Assembly (NCBI GenBank): GCA_002811645.1
Contig: PDIP01000083.1
Coordinates: 196,366 to 260,365, forward strand
Length of the DNA: 64,000 nt
Source: Corallochytrium limacisporum Hawaii
Taxonomy: Eukaryota; Protista; Pluriformea
Direction: 5' to 3'
Shown: piece after piece, positions 33,940-43,682 of the stretch
Layout of the letters: the number at the start of each line of letters is the position of its first letter
Numbering within the stretch: the stretch's first letter is position 1
Notes under the pieces: model-generated
Databases searched by the model: none
Seen by the model: only the letters and a program-made list of their open reading frames with translations
Told to the model about the DNA's origin: nothing
Program-made: the position numbers and the translations under genes

Positions 33940-35177
33940 GAGTTGTAAAAGCTACCCTCCCTTCATCAAAAAATCAAGAGCGACACAGCTCCTTACTAAT
34001 GCGGACGAGGGAGCGAGAAGAAGTAATCGAAGAGTTTCTTTATGTGGAGTGAATTTGCTAGCCTTGCGATCCCCGCCGGGGGAGGGGGGGTGTTTGGAAG
34101 AATGGGGTTGAGAGACACGCCCCTTCGTTTCGTTTCTTCACTATTTGTTTCGTTGTGCATTATATGTTGAATAATATTTGTACTGCATTTTCTTATCGCC
34201 AATTTTCTTCTTCTCATCTTCCGCTGGGTGTTTGACACTTACCTTGAACAGAAACTGGAGCATAGAAGCACACCACTTAGTGGGCTACATAGGTAGGAGT
34301 AGGAATATAGATCTATTGCATATCAGTGGTTAGCAGTATTCTGACTTCTCGGTAGTGAATATATTTGAAAAATACACGAAAGAAGTGCATAGAATAGTAC
34401 CTGACGAGAGACTCGCTCCTCCCGCAGGAATTGTCCAACCATTGGGCAGGCAGCAGCGTCTGCGGCTCTGTCGTCTTTCCCTCCTCTCTCTCCCTTCCCC
34501 CGTCCCCCCCCCCACTTTTTTTTCACGGGGGCGGATCCGTTTTCTATAGTGATTGTACTGCCTCCGCGTAAGGGAGAGCCGGGAGATGATAGGGGGAGCG
34601 GGTAGTAAACGAGAGTGGGGGAGGGTCCTTTCTCGTTCTTCTCCTTTTTTTCTCCTTGCTCTCCGCGAAGGACAGAAAGAGCAGGAGGTCTACAGAGAGA
34701 ACCTCGAGCAAAGAGGAGGGTTGGTTAGAATCCTTCTCTGGACCACCGACTCGATGATTTAAAGTCATAGGAATTTCATAGTGAAAATGTTTGGGACAGG
34801 AGATGGGTGATAAGTACACCCCCCCTTTCAAACTTGGTGTTGAAACAACTCTGTGGCGGCTACCACTTTGGACCCGTCGTTCCTTTCTTGGGGGGATAAG
34901 AAGGATCGTTTGCACGCAGATACAATGGGGTCCCAAAGTCTACAAACCCGATGGCTTTGGGGATTGGGTTGTACAGAATCATATGCCTCGGGTTGTAGGA
35001 TATGAATGCTGGCCTCGTGATTAATTAAGAGGAGGTACTTATTGAGGGTGTTGATTCCCGATCCGACCTACTTGAAAAGATTTGGTTATACATAGCGCGG
35101 TATCACATAACGTGACCTTTGACGAGGTAATTACTGGCCACTTAGAGGCCTTCACAAGAACATACTACACATTAGCC

Positions 35178-35627
35178 ATGCAAATTGAAATTGCCACAGC
35201 CGCTAACATAATCTGCGGCTTTGCTAGCAATCAGCTCGATGAACATACACTCTCATTTCTACACCGGCGCCTGAGTGAATACTTGGAAGAAAAGTATGGC
35301 ATGCATTGGTACCTGGATGATCCCGACCAGGGTTCGGCGTACCGGAGCCTTGTGTGCTGCCGTGACAATGTTCGCAGTGGCAGCTCATTCATGGATCCCG
35401 TGATTCACGACGTGTTTGTCAGTTGTGGGTTGAATCCCGCGGACTTTGTGGGATGCTTCCCTGATACAATGACTGTATGGGTTGACCCGGGAAGTGTGTC
35501 TTATAAGATCGGTCAGAACGGTTCTGTCTGCGAGGTCTACTCTGCACCGACATCGCCTGTGCCTGGTTCTGGCAGCAGCACTCCAAACCGTGAGCCGAGC
35601 CCAAAACATATGCCAATCTATTATTAA
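35178..35627 (+). CDS. BTG/Tob family anti-proliferative protein (CAF1 deadenylase adaptor)
   Basis: MQIEIATAANII start; box A KYGMHWYLDDPDQGSAYRSL; box B FPDTMTVWVDPGSVSYKIG; box C-like NGSVCEVY. Confidence 0.93.
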   Translation: MQIEIATAANIICGFASNQLDEHTLSFLHRRLSEYLEEKYGMHWYLDDPDQGSAYRSLVCCRDNVRSGSSFMDPVIHDVFVSCGLNPADFVGCFPDTMTVWVDPGSVSYKIGQNGSVCEVYSAPTSPVPGSGSSTPNREPSPKHMPIYY

Positions 35628-35909
35628 GTGAAAACACAACTATCATCAAAATCCACATCTTGCATGTCACCTGAGGCATGAAACCAATTCTTCATATCAT
35701 CAAATCGTATTTATGTGTGTCTCAAAGGGGGCCATGTCTGAACTCTGTAATTGTCAATAATCGCATCTCCTTTCCATTTCTCTTAACGTAGTCACACAGC
35801 ACAAATAATTGCTGCCTTAAAGCTTTTCACTGACTTAGGAAACTAGCCGGAATTTAATATACACAAACTATCTCTAATCGCTAACATTTAGACTTAGGAC
35901 CTCGTGTAG

Positions 35910-35910
<1 letters not shown>

Positions 35911-35943
<33 letters not shown>
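35911..35943. repeat. (GAT)11 microsatellite
   Basis: Perfect GAT run just downstream of the MRPL12 stop codon. Confidence 0.95.
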
Positions 35944-35975
35944 CTTAGATGATGTTGCCTGCTCGTGGTCAGGAA

Positions 35976-36569
35976 CTATTCAATCTTGATCTTTCCGCCG
36001 ACGGCCTCCAGTTTCTTCTTGATCTCCTCGGCCTCTTCCTTGGGCACACCCTCAAGAACCACGGCCGGAGTACCCTCAACGAACTTCTTGGCCTGCACCA
36101 GGTTCATGCCTTCCTTCAGTCCCTTAACCTCCTTAATTAGCTTCACCTTGTTGGCGGCATCGAATCCCTCTAACGTGACCTTGAAGTCAGTCTTGGCCGG
36201 TGCCTCTTCCTTCGCTTCTTCAACCTCTTCAGCAGCTGCTGCAGGGGCACCGGCTCCCGGCATGGCGGCCATGGGCATACCACCTCCCATCATCATAGGA
36301 GGAGCATCGCTAAGCCCGAGCTTGTCCTTGAGCAGAGCATTCAGGTCTGCAACTTCAATAAGGTTCAGGGCCGTAATTTCATCAGCCAGTTTCGTCACCT
36401 TCTCGCTGGGTTCCCGCTTGGTACCGGGAGGTGCTGACTCCTCCACAACGGCTGCTTCAGAGTACCACCGGCTCTGAGTGACAGTCACATTCCGCATAAA
36501 CCGGTAATGAACCTGTGCGGTGGAGCGCATAGACAGCCTGGTGGCCACGCGGAGAGATGCTATAGACAT
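35976..36569 (-). CDS. MRPL12: Mitochondrial ribosomal protein bL12m (L7/L12)
   Basis: Arg/Ser-rich presequence; LADEITALNLIEVADL; KTDFKVTLEGFD...KVKLIKEVK...MNLVQAKKFVE...EEAEEIKKKLEAVGG. Confidence 0.96.
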   Translation of the reverse strand: MSIASLRVATRLSMRSTAQVHYRFMRNVTVTQSRWYSEAAVVEESAPPGTKREPSEKVTKLADEITALNLIEVADLNALLKDKLGLSDAPPMMMGGGMPMAAMPGAGAPAAAAEEVEEAKEEAPAKTDFKVTLEGFDAANKVKLIKEVKGLKEGMNLVQAKKFVEGTPAVVLEGVPKEEAEEIKKKLEAVGGKIKIE

Positions 36570-37278
36570 GGTTCGCAATAAATCCCAAGAAAAAGATTAC
36601 CCATACAACCATACACTCTGGCATGCTCAAGGAATCCTAATTCTCCTCCTCACATAGGTTTACCCTCAATATCACTGTGATCAATGGTCAGAATAAACGA
36701 TATGAATATAACAGTGCCATACGTATTCCTCGGTTGCAAAAGCCAAAGCTACAGTGGCCCTTAACCTTCCCTCTCTCGCAGGCCCATATGTCACCGTTGT
36801 CACAGTACACCGGCCATAGGGGAGAGTCGAACCCATCCCTCGTCCCTCTCCCAACCTGCCCCATGTGTTCCTGATTGTGGTTGAGGCTTTTGTTTCCAGT
36901 TGCTCAAAACAAATCTCCTTCTGCCAACCAAATGGGAGAGAGAAAGGCTGGCCCATTACGAGGAACTACCAGGGGAGGGACCTCCTGGAGGCGGAGGCGA
37001 GGCCTTAGGCCATTGACAGAGTGTTATATATTCGATGATTCAGTATATTTATTGAAGCTTATATCCATACCATTTTCCTTATATTACACATATCGGTATA
37101 TTATATAGCTGGATAGGGCGGCCTTCCATTGGACCCGGTGCGCAGTCCGGAGGCGACGGAGAAACGCGTACGGTGACAAACCGGTTGACTATATAAGATG
37201 GCTTAGTTCTTCCATATTTTACTGTTCTGTTTGTACAGGGCCAGCGTCGTAGAAGGGATACTACGTATACATGTTAAA

Positions 37279-37608
37279 ATGGCATCAAACTATCCTGGAA
37301 GACAACCACCACGACAGACCAGCAGTGCTTTCTTTAAGGCAGCGCTGCCGATGATTGCGTTTACCGTCATCGGAAGCATTATCATGCGTGAGTTTGCAAC
37401 TGCTCGGTACACGAAATCAGATATGAAGGTGTCTGAAGTTACCCAGGAAGAATTACTCAAGCTTGAATACGGACAAAAGAAGCCTGTGGACTTGAATGCT
37501 GAAGTGGACCGGCTGGGACAGGCAACTGGAGAATGGGAATCCTACGAAAACAAACCGCATCCAACCAAGAGTCGTGCACAGACCACTGGATTGGGAGTAA
37601 GGCAATGA
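37279..37608 (+). CDS. COX16: Cytochrome c oxidase assembly protein Cox16
   Basis: FFKAALPMIAFTVIGSIIMREFATARY TM segment and WESYENK tail match the Cox16 pattern; 109 aa. Confidence 0.85.
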   Translation: MASNYPGRQPPRQTSSAFFKAALPMIAFTVIGSIIMREFATARYTKSDMKVSEVTQEELLKLEYGQKKPVDLNAEVDRLGQATGEWESYENKPHPTKSRAQTTGLGVRQ

Positions 37609-37753
37609 AATCCATTTGTACAAGCTCATACTATCTAGCCAACAACAACATAAAGAACGAACTACAACTCATTTTAAGCTAAATAAATTGCTAAAGAACT
37701 CTTACACTATCTACTGGAAATAACTGCTTTACTAATATGCCCCCTGGTGCGCT

Positions 37754-38338
37754 TCATGTTACCATCTGAGTGTGAGTCACACGGGCTACTTTCCTCTTTT
37801 CTTCTTTACCGTTGATGGTATCCATCATGGTCTGCCAGCTTTTGGCAACCATGGCATTGCCCTCGCCAGAGTAAGCCACTACTACTCCCAACGTTTCACC
37901 GGCAGTGCTCAAGTAGAATCTACGGGCATCTCCAAGACTGATTACTTGTGCTCTTACAATGTCCTGAGCTCGGAAGCTATCATGCATTGCTACAGCATCA
38001 ATGTCGACAGCGCTGACATTTTCTTTCCGGATAACACCCTCATAGGGAGAGGCTAGGAAGCCGGACTCGGATGTCATGATCTGGACCCGTGCGTGACGTT
38101 TGTCCACTTCTACAACCTTACATAAAACGATATCGTTGACCGCGGGAATGTTACCACTCGGTTTAATTTTTGCAACCTCTACTATTTTCTGTCCATCACC
38201 GTGAGTATGGTACGACACATAGCCTAAGAGACTGGCATACACGTGGCCACCATGTTCGTAAGTTCCCACTCCCGTCGTTGCTCCGCTTGATTCACAAACC
38301 CGGTACCCCGGGAACACAAAAGCACCACCTTCGGCCAT
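37754..38338 (-). CDS. EXOSC1: Exosome component Csl4/EXOSC1
   Basis: GVGTYE...VYASLLG, PAVNDIVLCKV S1 domain, SFRAQDIVRAQVISLGD, YLSTA...LGVV, EEKRKVA. Confidence 0.95.
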   Translation of the reverse strand: MAEGGAFVFPGYRVCESSGATTGVGTYEHGGHVYASLLGYVSYHTHGDGQKIVEVAKIKPSGNIPAVNDIVLCKVVEVDKRHARVQIMTSESGFLASPYEGVIRKENVSAVDIDAVAMHDSFRAQDIVRAQVISLGDARRFYLSTAGETLGVVVAYSGEGNAMVAKSWQTMMDTINGKEEKRKVARVTHTQMVT

Positions 38339-38767
38339 GGTGTTTACTGTCGTGGACGTATCAGTTTACTGACCCATTGCAAGAGACCACATGTTGTCGC
38401 TATTCAGTACGGGTGAGCCCGTGGCGTGAAATACCAACCGCCCCAGGCAGAGAATGCTCCGCTGTTGCCCAGGCGGGAAGGGGGAAGGAGTTCACAATGC
38501 GAAGACTCGGAGAGGAAAGTGGACTGAGTACGAGAAAGGGAGACAGCGGCGGTGGCGGTGGGAGAGACAAGAGGCACCCTTGGGCCAGAAGGACTCCTCT
38601 AATGACGAAAGCAGAGAAGGGGTAGGATGTAATGTTAATTTGAAACGGAGCAACTCCGCGCTCCGGTTCGAGGGTATTTCACCCACGGGGAACCTGCAGT
38701 ACTTCATTCACATGAATCTTGTCTGGCTAAGAGCGTTCACAGTCCTGTTGGTCTGATATATGCAACG

Positions 38768-40300
38768 ATGGATGACGAAATGTCCTACAGGACGTTATCG
38801 TGGTTTGGTGATGCTGGTTCGGTGCAGGTCGCTGGATCATGGGACCATTGGTCAGGCAAGCTTGACATGACAATTTGTGGAAGCCTTTTTCACGAGTGTT
38901 CGATACCGGGTATGCAGAAATGGATTGCAAGTGTGCGGATCCCATCCGGACCTGACAGGGCAGAGTTCAAGTTCATCGTGGATGGTGTATGGACTATCGC
39001 AACTCATTATGCAGTAACAGCGGACCGCAATGGTAATGCTAACAATTACATAAGCTTGCCTGCTTCCCTGAATGATGAATCTGCCCTGAATCAAGCGACA
39101 TCGGCTTTGAAATCTTCTTCAGGGAATCGCCTGCATGCTCTTCCAGATCTTGACGTTAGGGGACTGAGGACTGTCAGCTTCAACGTTCGATACGACAATC
39201 ACAGTGACGGTGAAAACAGTTGGTCCTATCGCAAACAACACGTCGCACGTACGATTCAGATGCTTCAGGGCCACGTCGTGGGCATGCAAGAAGTACTGTA
39301 CCACATGGCTGATCAGTTGCACCACACAGACGGATTACTGCCTGGCTGGGCATGGGTTGGCCAAGGCCGAGATGGTGGCAAAAGTGGAGAAATGTCACCA
39401 ATTTTCTTCGATGCTGGCTGTCTGTCCGTGGTAGCCACGGGGTCCTTCTGGTTGTCTGAGACGCCGGAGCAAGTGGGCTCTAAGGGATGGGGAGCAGATC
39501 TGCCTCGTCTTTGTACATGGGCACAGCTGCGAATGGTTGAGAGGGGCAAAGCATCATCAGTTGGTTCCAACGATGAAGAACCTATCAAGGACAGCAACTT
39601 GATAGAAACAGCTGTTCAAAATGACGCAGACCACAACTTGCGCACAGTGTCGACGCAGACGGAAGGCATCAGTGATACTGGTCCCACGGATGTGTTGGTG
39701 CTGAACTGCCATTTGGATCACAAGAGTGAGCAGGCAAAGGTGGAGGGACTACGACTGATCCGCCAGCGAGCACGGACACTTGCGTCCATGGCACCCTCTG
39801 TTGTTGGTATTGTGCTCACTGGTGACTTCAACAGTGATCCATATTCGACGCAGTACCATGAAATGCACGACCGCGTACCCACGCCCGTCTCTGCCGGTCC
39901 AAAAGCACAGCTGTCAACCGTCCCCGTTCAAAACTGCAAGGATGTGAAGGAGAAGCAGTCCGACGCGAATACAGCCAATGGAAATGATATCAGCATGGTG
40001 GATGCGTCTGTCCAGGTGCTGGGTACTTGTGTGGATGATGGACTCGTCTTCACAGATACTTCCAGGTTGGCACTTCAACAGCACAACAAGGAAGCAGGAA
40101 CCATAACTGGCTTTACTCACATTGGAGAAGACTACAAGATGACATCAACCATAGACTACATTTTCACAGCACCCCAGGACAAGAGCATTGTGCAGTTGGT
40201 GGGCACGTTAGCCGAGAATGTCAAAGGAAAGAGGGCCTCTGATCACCGGGCTATCTTTGCAGACATTTACTTCCTATCCAACAGATATGGTTGTCGCTAG
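38768..40300 (+). CDS. Fusion of AMPK-beta-type glycogen-binding CBM48 and endonuclease/exonuclease/phosphatase (EEP) domain
   Basis: N-terminal VQVAGSWDHW...EFKFIVDGVW...DRNGNANNYI; C-terminal SFNVRYDN, GMQEV, GQGRDGG...GEMSPIF, GSFWLSETP, NCHLDH, GDFNS, IDYIF, ASDH. Confidence 0.92.
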   Translation: MDDEMSYRTLSWFGDAGSVQVAGSWDHWSGKLDMTICGSLFHECSIPGMQKWIASVRIPSGPDRAEFKFIVDGVWTIATHYAVTADRNGNANNYISLPASLNDESALNQATSALKSSSGNRLHALPDLDVRGLRTVSFNVRYDNHSDGENSWSYRKQHVARTIQMLQGHVVGMQEVLYHMADQLHHTDGLLPGWAWVGQGRDGGKSGEMSPIFFDAGCLSVVATGSFWLSETPEQVGSKGWGADLPRLCTWAQLRMVERGKASSVGSNDEEPIKDSNLIETAVQNDADHNLRTVSTQTEGISDTGPTDVLVLNCHLDHKSEQAKVEGLRLIRQRARTLASMAPSVVGIVLTGDFNSDPYSTQYHEMHDRVPTPVSAGPKAQLSTVPVQNCKDVKEKQSDANTANGNDISMVDASVQVLGTCVDDGLVFTDTSRLALQQHNKEAGTITGFTHIGEDYKMTSTIDYIFTAPQDKSIVQLVGTLAENVKGKRASDHRAIFADIYFLSNRYGCR

Positions 40301-40839
40301 AGTCTTAGTTGTATGTACTACGATGCAATATAGAAGTAAATCACGTTGCAACCACACCCCAGCTTTGCTGTGTTGGTGGGTTAGCTTGACCATCTCCTGA
40401 AATGCCCTTCCGCCCATCGTTTTCACGTTCGCCACCCTTCCGGTGATCCTGGCTTTGGCGCGGTAGGGTCCCTAAAGAAACTTCACCGTAGAAATTTTTG
40501 GCCCTATCCTTCCTACTGACGAATCCCGCCCGGGCTTTCCCTGTACCGCCGCGAACCGCTGCTCCGCGGCCCAGTGGCGTCCTCCGAAACAAACATGCAA
40601 ACTTCGAGTGAACTATAGAGGTATAAGACCTTCTGCAACGTTCATGCTTGACATGGTGATACACCTTATGCCTGGATCGCTCGCGACTGTGCTCTGACAT
40701 CGTTCGCGAACAGGACGACAAAAATATAGAGTCCTGCACCAGCTAGGTGGACCACGTAGCAAAAGCATCTTGGCGAAGCATAAGGAAAGGAACATTCGTG
40801 GATGTTGACGTCTTTCAGTGGAGGTCATTAACCTGCTCA

Positions 40840-41133
40840 ATGGTTTCACCGAAAGAGGATACATTCGACGGGGCTGTGGAACAAGATGTCGATGAGTTTA
40901 TCGAAAGCCTAGGCCTGGGCGCGAAAGAGGAGTATGGTTTGGATGACGTAGAAGCACTTTTAATCGCGGTCATCGGAAAGAAATTGCCAAAGGTAGGTGT
41001 ATATGTGAAAAGAATCATTGAAAGAAAATAAGGAATGAAACCAGCAACTAACTGGCAGAGTCTTACATCTCAACTTTATACGGAAATAGCAATGGATTGT
41101 GCAAAGGCTGGGTTTGGCTCGGATCCCAGATAG
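40840..41133 (+). CDS. Possible small spliced gene (exons 40840-40992 and 41059-41133), unknown, degenerate EF-hand-like
   Basis: AAG|GTAGGT donor at 40993, CTAAC branch at 41048, CAG acceptor at 41058 give an in-frame join (MVSPKEDTF...GKKLPK|SLTSQLYTEIAMDC...). 3' structure uncertain. Confidence 0.35.
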
Positions 41134-41474
41134 TTTCCACGATCCAGTTTGTGAACCAAAATTTTATCCGAACATGGTCAGAAGTTATATCATGGAACTC
41201 CATCAAGATCGTCTGCAATTCTTGCATGAACGAATTACATCTCAAATAAGGTCCCAAACCCTTTCGAGGACGGAGATGCATGAATACCACAGGACGACAG
41301 CAGGAGGTAGTCAGGAAGCCTTTGAACTCTCTTTGGATACATTAATCAAGGATTGATAAATATTTCATTGTCACATTGAAATATGTATTCAATTCTAGGT
41401 AAAGAGTATTTCTACATTGAATTGTATAATAGGACATATCGAAGCGAAATACACAATATTCCTGGGAATCACAT

Positions 41475-42878
41475 TCACGTATCGTTGACCTGGCTTCGAG
41501 CTTGTTCAATTCGTTCAGCTTTCTTTTCCTTATATTTCTCTTTGATACGATCCCATTTCGCTTGCCACCTTGCATTCTGAGCTTTGAGTTCATCAAGTTG
41601 TGACACTTGACCATCCAGTTCCTCATTTCTAACGGCTAAAGCCTGATTTTGCTCTCGTTGAGAGTCCCTTTCGGCAATCAATTTTGCAATTTGCAATTGT
41701 TTGTTCTCCGTTTCCTTCTTCAAATTCTCAATTTCGCTTTCCAGTACATTGAGACGAGCCTTGAGGCGCTCGTTTTCGCTGTCGTCGACTCTGGAATTGG
41801 TCGGGTCCCGTCCACTCTTGACGACATTGTCAGAGGTGCCTCCTATCGCATTGGTTTTGAATCCCCTAGCAGCTCCGCGGTTCTCATCCGTGCGAGATCC
41901 ACTCGCAGTCTTGCCCTGTCTAAAGCTCTCTTGAAGGCGGAGCTGTTGTTTGCGGCCCTCGTTGAAATGTTGCTTGAAGCGGATGATGCTTTCACGAAGC
42001 TGTGTGTTGTCATTGCGATAGCGAGTAGCTTGAGTATCCTTTGCCTTGACCAGCTTCTCAAGTTCAACGATGCGATCCCTCAAAAGTTTGTTCTCTTCCC
42101 GCAACTCACTTAGTGAAGACGACTGCAGCTGTGAACGTGGACTGTCACCGGAGTATGTCCCCATTCCAAAGTCACCAACTGCATGCACTCCAATAAGCTG
42201 AGTTTGCACAGGCTTTTTTGAGGGCACAACCTGCGCCGGATCGTCGCCAAACTCCTCGCCCACCATTACATAGTTATCACCGACGTCAGTGAAATTGTTA
42301 TTTGGATCTGTTGTGGTATTGAATCGGCTCCGTTCCATTGGATCGACATCCTCTACATGTGGTAGGCGATCTACTAGCTCTTGTACTTTCGCATTGAAAC
42401 TCTCAAATGCTTCGAGAGGGTCACTGTAAGCGGAGGCTGACCCTCCCGAGTCTGTTGAACCGAGACCCTGCCGGCTAAGGGTGGATATGGAGGTAATGTT
42501 ATTGTACATGCCCGAGCTGCCATCGTAGGCCGTATCACTGACTTGCCGTCCTAAGCCTGTAGCGACTGTGATATCTTTCAACTTTAGCCTACCATTGGCA
42601 TTCTCGTTTACATCTCCTTCGTGTTGTGCTTGATTCCTTTGGGCCTCACCCTCCGCCTCGATTGCAAGGCGCAACTGCTGACATCTTTTTTCATGTTCTT
42701 GCGCTAGTCTCTGTATGGCAGGTCTGGCTGCGTCGATCGCCGTCGCTAGTGCTGCTTCTACTGCAGTTTTCGCCTCAGTATACTCCTGAAGAGCCTCTCG
42801 CAAGCGTCCCTCTTGGCGATAAACTTCCGCCTGCTGCTGATGACGTGAGGCAGTGGTTAATGGCGCCTCGTCTGACAT
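41475..42878 (-). CDS. Atg38/NRBF2-like protein (MIT domain plus coiled coil)
   Basis: N-terminal APLTTASRHQQQAE...AIQRLAQEHEKR MIT-like helices; DPLEAFESF...LVDRL; AIM-like DNYVMV; C-terminal RWQAKWDRIKEKYKEKK like fungal Atg38. Start at MSDEAPL. Confidence 0.7.
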   Translation of the reverse strand: MSDEAPLTTASRHQQQAEVYRQEGRLREALQEYTEAKTAVEAALATAIDAARPAIQRLAQEHEKRCQQLRLAIEAEGEAQRNQAQHEGDVNENANGRLKLKDITVATGLGRQVSDTAYDGSSGMYNNITSISTLSRQGLGSTDSGGSASAYSDPLEAFESFNAKVQELVDRLPHVEDVDPMERSRFNTTTDPNNNFTDVGDNYVMVGEEFGDDPAQVVPSKKPVQTQLIGVHAVGDFGMGTYSGDSPRSQLQSSSLSELREENKLLRDRIVELEKLVKAKDTQATRYRNDNTQLRESIIRFKQHFNEGRKQQLRLQESFRQGKTASGSRTDENRGAARGFKTNAIGGTSDNVVKSGRDPTNSRVDDSENERLKARLNVLESEIENLKKETENKQLQIAKLIAERDSQREQNQALAVRNEELDGQVSQLDELKAQNARWQAKWDRIKEKYKEKKAERIEQARSQVNDT

Positions 42879-43682
42879 ATTTTCGGCACTGAAGCTATTT
42901 CTGCATTTGCATGATTTCTTCTGATCAGAACCTTTCCCGAAAGCTGCCACTGCGGCGTACACTACTAGTTTGCTCCTTCCCTTGGTGACGTGACACGATA
43001 GTCTACCTGCAATTTGGGAATAAAATACGTAGCTCGACGCTATGCAAGTGAAGCAAGCACGCTGAGACAGTAGCAGACAAAGGATCTAGTGCCCAAGGAA
43101 TGGAACAGGAAATTTTATTGCGAGAGAATTGGGGCAGTAGAACCCAGAAAGTACAGTGGCTTCCCACAGACAAGTTGGACGGACTTGTTTCCGCGACCTG
43201 AACTGCCTGTCGACTGCAGTGCCGCCGCCAAACCGATCTCCCTTTCATTTCGCTGCTGGGGCCGGCCGGCTGGCTGCTTGCTTTATTGGGCTCCCGACTG
43301 CTTCTCCCGTTGAGTTTGGTTGACAACCTACAAGTGGCGGGAGTCCAAACGGGCTAATAATATAGCGGTAGGCATCAGGAGAAGGGGCTGGTGAGAAAAA
43401 TATGGACAACCACGACCCAGCGGCGAATTCTAAGAAGTGGTTGGGGAGGGAGGGGCTGATGAGAGAATTGGGACACCCTGCTGTGGCACGGGCAGTGACC
43501 GAGCCAGCGTGTGCGTTACCCATGGTTGGTGCGCTGCCGAACTGACAGGCGATCTGTCCGCTTGGAAAGCAACTACTGAGTTCTTTTTTGTAGCAGGTGT
43601 GAAGGTATAGAACGTGCTTAGCTCCGTTTCTGCCCAGTAAGTGAGACGGCTTTTTGATCGTGACGCTCTGCAGCAGACGAAG

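Noticed and set aside
43150-43170. Cobalamin-riboswitch-like GGGAAGCCACTG near MMAB
   Set aside because: On the wrong strand relative to MMAB, motif order is wrong and the remaining core is absent.
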